Source: Patescibacteria group bacterium
Lineage (GTDB): Bacteria; Patescibacteriota; Patescibacteriia; UBA2591; JAQWAS01
Assembly: GCA_028707495.1 (NCBI GenBank)
Contig: JAQWAS010000001.1
Span: 48,382-112,381, forward strand
DNA: 64,000 bases
Reading direction: 5' to 3'
How positions within the stretch are numbered: position 1 is the first letter of the stretch; every line of letters begins with the position of its first letter. The position numbers and the translations under genes were made by a program. The notes under the pieces are model-generated. The model saw only the letters and a program-made list of their open reading frames with translations, was not told the origin of the DNA and made no database searches. Positions 60,674 to 64,000 of this stretch are shown here, piece after piece.

Positions 60674-61525
60674 ATGTCAAGGTTTAACCAATCAAAATTT
60701 AAACTGGCGGGGTTTGTTATACTTCTGCTTATTTTTTTATTATTTTTTGGAATTTTATCAGGTTTTAAAAATATAGTATTTAAAATTACTCAGCCTTTCA
60801 GTCGAGCTTTTTATGGCCTAAGCCAACGTGTTAACGATTCAATTGGTTGGTGGCAATATCGCGAAAGCTTTGCTGAAATACAAAATAAATTAGAATTGGA
60901 AATTAAAGATTTAGCGCTAGATCAAGTGGCTTTATTAAAATTAAAAGAAGAAAACCAAATTTTACGTCAAAATTTAGATTTTTTTAATCAAAAAAATTAT
61001 GATTATAAATTAGCTAATTTAATTAGTAAAACTAGTCCGAGTTATTTAAACAATACTGACCAAGAAAATTTATGGATTATTGATCGAGGTTGGCAGGATA
61101 ATTTAAAAAAAGATTATGCTGTTATCGTGCCACGCCAGACTAATCAAAATACGGTTGAAGGATTTTTGGTTGGTAAAATTTTTAAAGTTGAAAAAAATCA
61201 ATCTTGGGTTTTGCCAGTTTTAGCTAATCAAAGCAAAATAGCCGCTAAAATTCTTAGTCAACAGCAAACAACGGGCTTAGTTGAGGGTATGTATAATCAA
61301 AATTTAAAAATGGATTTAATTCCACAAGATCAAGAAATTTACCAAGGAGACTTAGTTATAACTTCTGGTCTTGAGCCAGGAATGCCAGGTGATTTAATTC
61401 TAGGTCGAGTTAAAGAAATTGAAGAAACTAATTTACAAAAAATATTTAAAACTGCTCTAATTGAACCGTTAATTAATTTTGATCATATTAATTTAGTAAC
61501 AGTTTTAATTCCACATGCAGAATAA
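60674..61525 (+). CDS. mreC: rod-shape-determining protein MreC
   Basis: N-terminal TM, coiled coil, beta-barrel region; position. Confidence 0.75.
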   Translation: MSRFNQSKFKLAGFVILLLIFLLFFGILSGFKNIVFKITQPFSRAFYGLSQRVNDSIGWWQYRESFAEIQNKLELEIKDLALDQVALLKLKEENQILRQNLDFFNQKNYDYKLANLISKTSPSYLNNTDQENLWIIDRGWQDNLKKDYAVIVPRQTNQNTVEGFLVGKIFKVEKNQSWVLPVLANQSKIAAKILSQQQTTGLVEGMYNQNLKMDLIPQDQEIYQGDLVITSGLEPGMPGDLILGRVKEIEETNLQKIFKTALIEPLINFDHINLVTVLIPHAE

Positions 61526-62069
61526 AGCTTCAAAATCGTTTAAATTTATTTTTTATTTTATTTTAGCTGGATTAATTATTTTATTTCAGCTTAATTTTTT
61601 AAATCAAGTTCCGTATTTTAAAAATTTAAATTTGATTTTAGTTGGTTTAATTTTTTTAATTTTTATTAAAATTAAACACACTTGGTTTTATTTTTTATTA
61701 GTTGGTCTAATATTAGATTTGATTTTACCTTTGAATGATGGTTTTCTACTGATATACTTTGGTATAATTTGGTTAGTTAATATTTTTTTAATTCAGAAAA
61801 TTATTATTGCTAATCAGGTGGTTAGTTTATTTTTGCTTTTATGTATTGATATAGTTTTTTATTATATATATTTATGGCTAGGTTTTTATGTATTAAATTT
61901 ATTTTGGTCAACAACATCTAGTTTTGTTTTTAGCTGGCAAATATTAAAAGAAATTTTGCAACACATATTAATAAATAGTATTTTTTTAATTTTAATTTAT
62001 TTTATTTTTAAAAATAAAATTGATCAATTACATGAAGGAAGTAAACCCTTTTATACCACAATTGGATAA
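61515..62069 (+). CDS. mreD: rod-shape-determining protein MreD
   Basis: Small polytopic membrane protein after mreC. Confidence 0.65.
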   Translation: MQNKASKSFKFIFYFILAGLIILFQLNFLNQVPYFKNLNLILVGLIFLIFIKIKHTWFYFLLVGLILDLILPLNDGFLLIYFGIIWLVNIFLIQKIIIANQVVSLFLLLCIDIVFYYIYLWLGFYVLNLFWSTTSSFVFSWQILKEILQHILINSIFLILIYFIFKNKIDQLHEGSKPFYTTIG

Positions 62070-63942
62070 AAATTTTAAAGAATATTCAGTCGGCAAACTA
62101 AAGGAGCATGAAATTGAGGGTGATTTTACCAGTGCCAGCCGAGCAAAATTTTTAAAACTTAGTTTTAATTCTAAAAATATTACTTGGATTTTTATTGTTT
62201 TTTTTCTGGGTATAATTGTTTTGGCAAGTAGATTATTTTTTTTGCAAATAGTAAAAAACGATTATTATTTAAATCTGGCCGAAGGCAATCGGATTCGTCT
62301 ACACACAATTTTAAGCCCACGAGGAATTTTTTATGATCGCAATAATCAACCCTTAGTTAAAAATGTTCCTAGGTTTTTTTTACAAATTGTGCCAGCTGAT
62401 TTACCATTAGACATAACCGAGCGTAATAATTTAATTCAACAAGTTAGCAATCAAACGCACATTATTCAATCTAAGATTGAAGATAGATTGGCAACAGTTT
62501 CAAAATATTCGTACCAACCAATTGTTTTTGATCAAACTTTGGATTATCAAACGGCTTTACTTTTTAAAACCCAGGAAAACAATTTGCCGGGTTTTAACAT
62601 TGTAACTCAAGAATCGCGTGAATATCTTTATCCGCAAGCCTTGGCGCACGTTTTGGGCTATATTGGTATAATTTCTAGCGAAGAGATTCAAAAGCTTGAA
62701 AAAGAAAATTATACTTCACAAGATTTAATTGGTAAAACCGGTTTAGAATATTTTTACGAACCATTTTTAAAAGGTCAAAATGGTGTCGAAAAGGTTGAAG
62801 TGAATTCTATCGGTAAAGTTGCACGTGTTATTGATAGTCGTGCGCCTCAATCAGGTCAAGATATATATTTAACCTTGGATTTAGATTTACAACTTAGATT
62901 AACTGAAATTACGCAAGGAATTTTAGATAAAAATAATTTAGTTCGGGGTGCGGTTATAGCTATGGATCCTCGTGATGGCAGTGTTTTAGCCTTAAATTCT
63001 TTTCCAACCTTTGATAATAATAAATTTGTGACCGGTTTTTCACAGTCAGAATTTGAACAGGTTTTTAACAATCCCGATCAGCCATTATTTAAAAGATTTA
63101 TCCAAGGAGAATATCCACCTGGTTCAGTTATTAAACCTTTAATCGCTTTAGGAGCTTTAGAAGAGGGAATTATTAATCGAAATACCAGTTTTTTAAGCGT
63201 AGGTGGTTTTTGGATAAGTGAATGGTTTTTCCCAGATTGGAAAGCTGGCGGGCATGGCTTAACAAATGTGACTAAAGCCATCGCTGAATCGGTTAATACC
63301 TTTTTTTATTATATTGGTGGCGGTTACCAAGATTTTCAAGGTTTAGGTTTGGAAAAGATAAATTATTATTTAAAAAAATTTGGTTTGACCCAAGTTACGG
63401 GCATAGATTTGGCTAATGAAAAAAGTGGATTTTTACCAACTCAAGAGTGGAAGGAAGAAGTTAAAAATGAAGTGTGGTATATTGGCGACACTTATCATTT
63501 GAGTATTGGACAGGGTGATGTGTTGGTTACGCCATTGCAAGTAGCTAATTATACCGCAGCGATTGCTAACGATGGGACGCTTTATCAACCACATTTAATT
63601 CAACAGCACCAACCAATAATTTTAAGTCAAAATTTAGTTGATTTTAAAAATTTAGAAATAGTTCAACAGGGCCTACACGAGACAACTTTATACGGTAGCG
63701 CCAGCAGTTTTTCGGCTTGGGGAATTAGCGCAGCAGGTAAAACCGGTACAGCTCAGGTGGGTGGTGACAAATTACCACATTCGTGGTTTACCGGATATGC
63801 GCCTTATGATGATCCGGAAATTGTTATTACGGTTTTAATTGAAAATGCCGGTGATGGCAGTTTGTATGCTTCACCCATCGCTAGGGAATTCTTAAAATAT
63901 TATTTCGATCGCCAACCAGTAGTGGATAAACCGCTTGATTAA
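62020..63942 (+). CDS. mrdA: penicillin-binding protein 2 (transpeptidase)
   Basis: GSVIKP (SxxK), ESVN (SxN), KTGTAQ (KTG). Confidence 0.9.
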   Translation: MINYMKEVNPFIPQLDKNFKEYSVGKLKEHEIEGDFTSASRAKFLKLSFNSKNITWIFIVFFLGIIVLASRLFFLQIVKNDYYLNLAEGNRIRLHTILSPRGIFYDRNNQPLVKNVPRFFLQIVPADLPLDITERNNLIQQVSNQTHIIQSKIEDRLATVSKYSYQPIVFDQTLDYQTALLFKTQENNLPGFNIVTQESREYLYPQALAHVLGYIGIISSEEIQKLEKENYTSQDLIGKTGLEYFYEPFLKGQNGVEKVEVNSIGKVARVIDSRAPQSGQDIYLTLDLDLQLRLTEITQGILDKNNLVRGAVIAMDPRDGSVLALNSFPTFDNNKFVTGFSQSEFEQVFNNPDQPLFKRFIQGEYPPGSVIKPLIALGALEEGIINRNTSFLSVGGFWISEWFFPDWKAGGHGLTNVTKAIAESVNTFFYYIGGGYQDFQGLGLEKINYYLKKFGLTQVTGIDLANEKSGFLPTQEWKEEVKNEVWYIGDTYHLSIGQGDVLVTPLQVANYTAAIANDGTLYQPHLIQQHQPIILSQNLVDFKNLEIVQQGLHETTLYGSASSFSAWGISAAGKTGTAQVGGDKLPHSWFTGYAPYDDPEIVITVLIENAGDGSLYASPIAREFLKYYFDRQPVVDKPLD

Positions 63943-64000
63943 AATTTAAATTTATTGTATTCTTTACTTTATGTTTTATTAAAAATTAATTATAATTAAT

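Overview
This window is AT-rich (about 30% GC) bacterial chromosome. Its gene content and style suggest a small-genome, Candidate Phyla Radiation / Patescibacteria-like organism; this is inference from composition and content only. I found no tRNA, rRNA or CRISPR array.

Main content, left to right:
- 1-4.4 kb: accessory genes, including an NYN-domain gene bracketed by 45-bp direct repeats, SppA, a CYTH-domain protein and a glycoside-hydrolase-like protein.
- 4.6-7.7 kb: an RRM RNA-binding protein, a metallophosphoesterase, a NIF3-like protein and a flippase-like membrane protein.
- 9.1-17.7 kb, minus strand: a complete nine-gene V/A-type ATPase operon (G-I-K-E-C-F-A-B-D) with its own promoter. 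It is flanked on both sides by hairpin-dense, GC-rich repeat mosaics of about 400 bp (7757-8170 and 17836-18260).
- 18.3-20.8 kb: a GT2-like membrane protein and MurB.
- 20.9-28.4 kb: a giant 2482-aa secreted protein with a papain-like C1 protease domain, two parallel beta-helix blocks, cysteine-rich modules and a perfect 611-bp internal tandem duplication.
- 28.5-33.3 kb: ribosomal-protein / rpoA operon (infA, rpmJ, rpsM, rpsK, rpsD, rpoA, rplQ, rplM, rpsI). A four-helix-bundle (23S IVS-type / bAvd-like) gene is inserted between rpmJ and rpsM, bracketed by inverted repeats. S11, S9 and RpoA carry charged extensions.
- 33.5-34.4 kb: a secreted tandem CAP/SCP-domain protein split by a -1 frameshift at an A8 tract.
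- 34.5-45.8 kb: a surface-glycan locus (Wzx, two GT1, four GT2, Wzy-like, radical-SAM/SPASM, DUF4012-like) containing three tandem ACP-like small paralogs.
- 45.9-49.6 kb: an MreB paralog with a transglutaminase-like protein, then a GT1.
- 50.2-52.1 kb: an IS481-family insertion sequence next to a GC-rich GT-A-like cargo gene.
- 52.2-63.9 kb: typA, holB, a BNR lipoprotein, frr, rseP, proS, and mreB-mreC-mreD-mrdA.

A recurrent TTGACA-N17-TAnnnT promoter architecture is visible, and one promoter module is reused four times.
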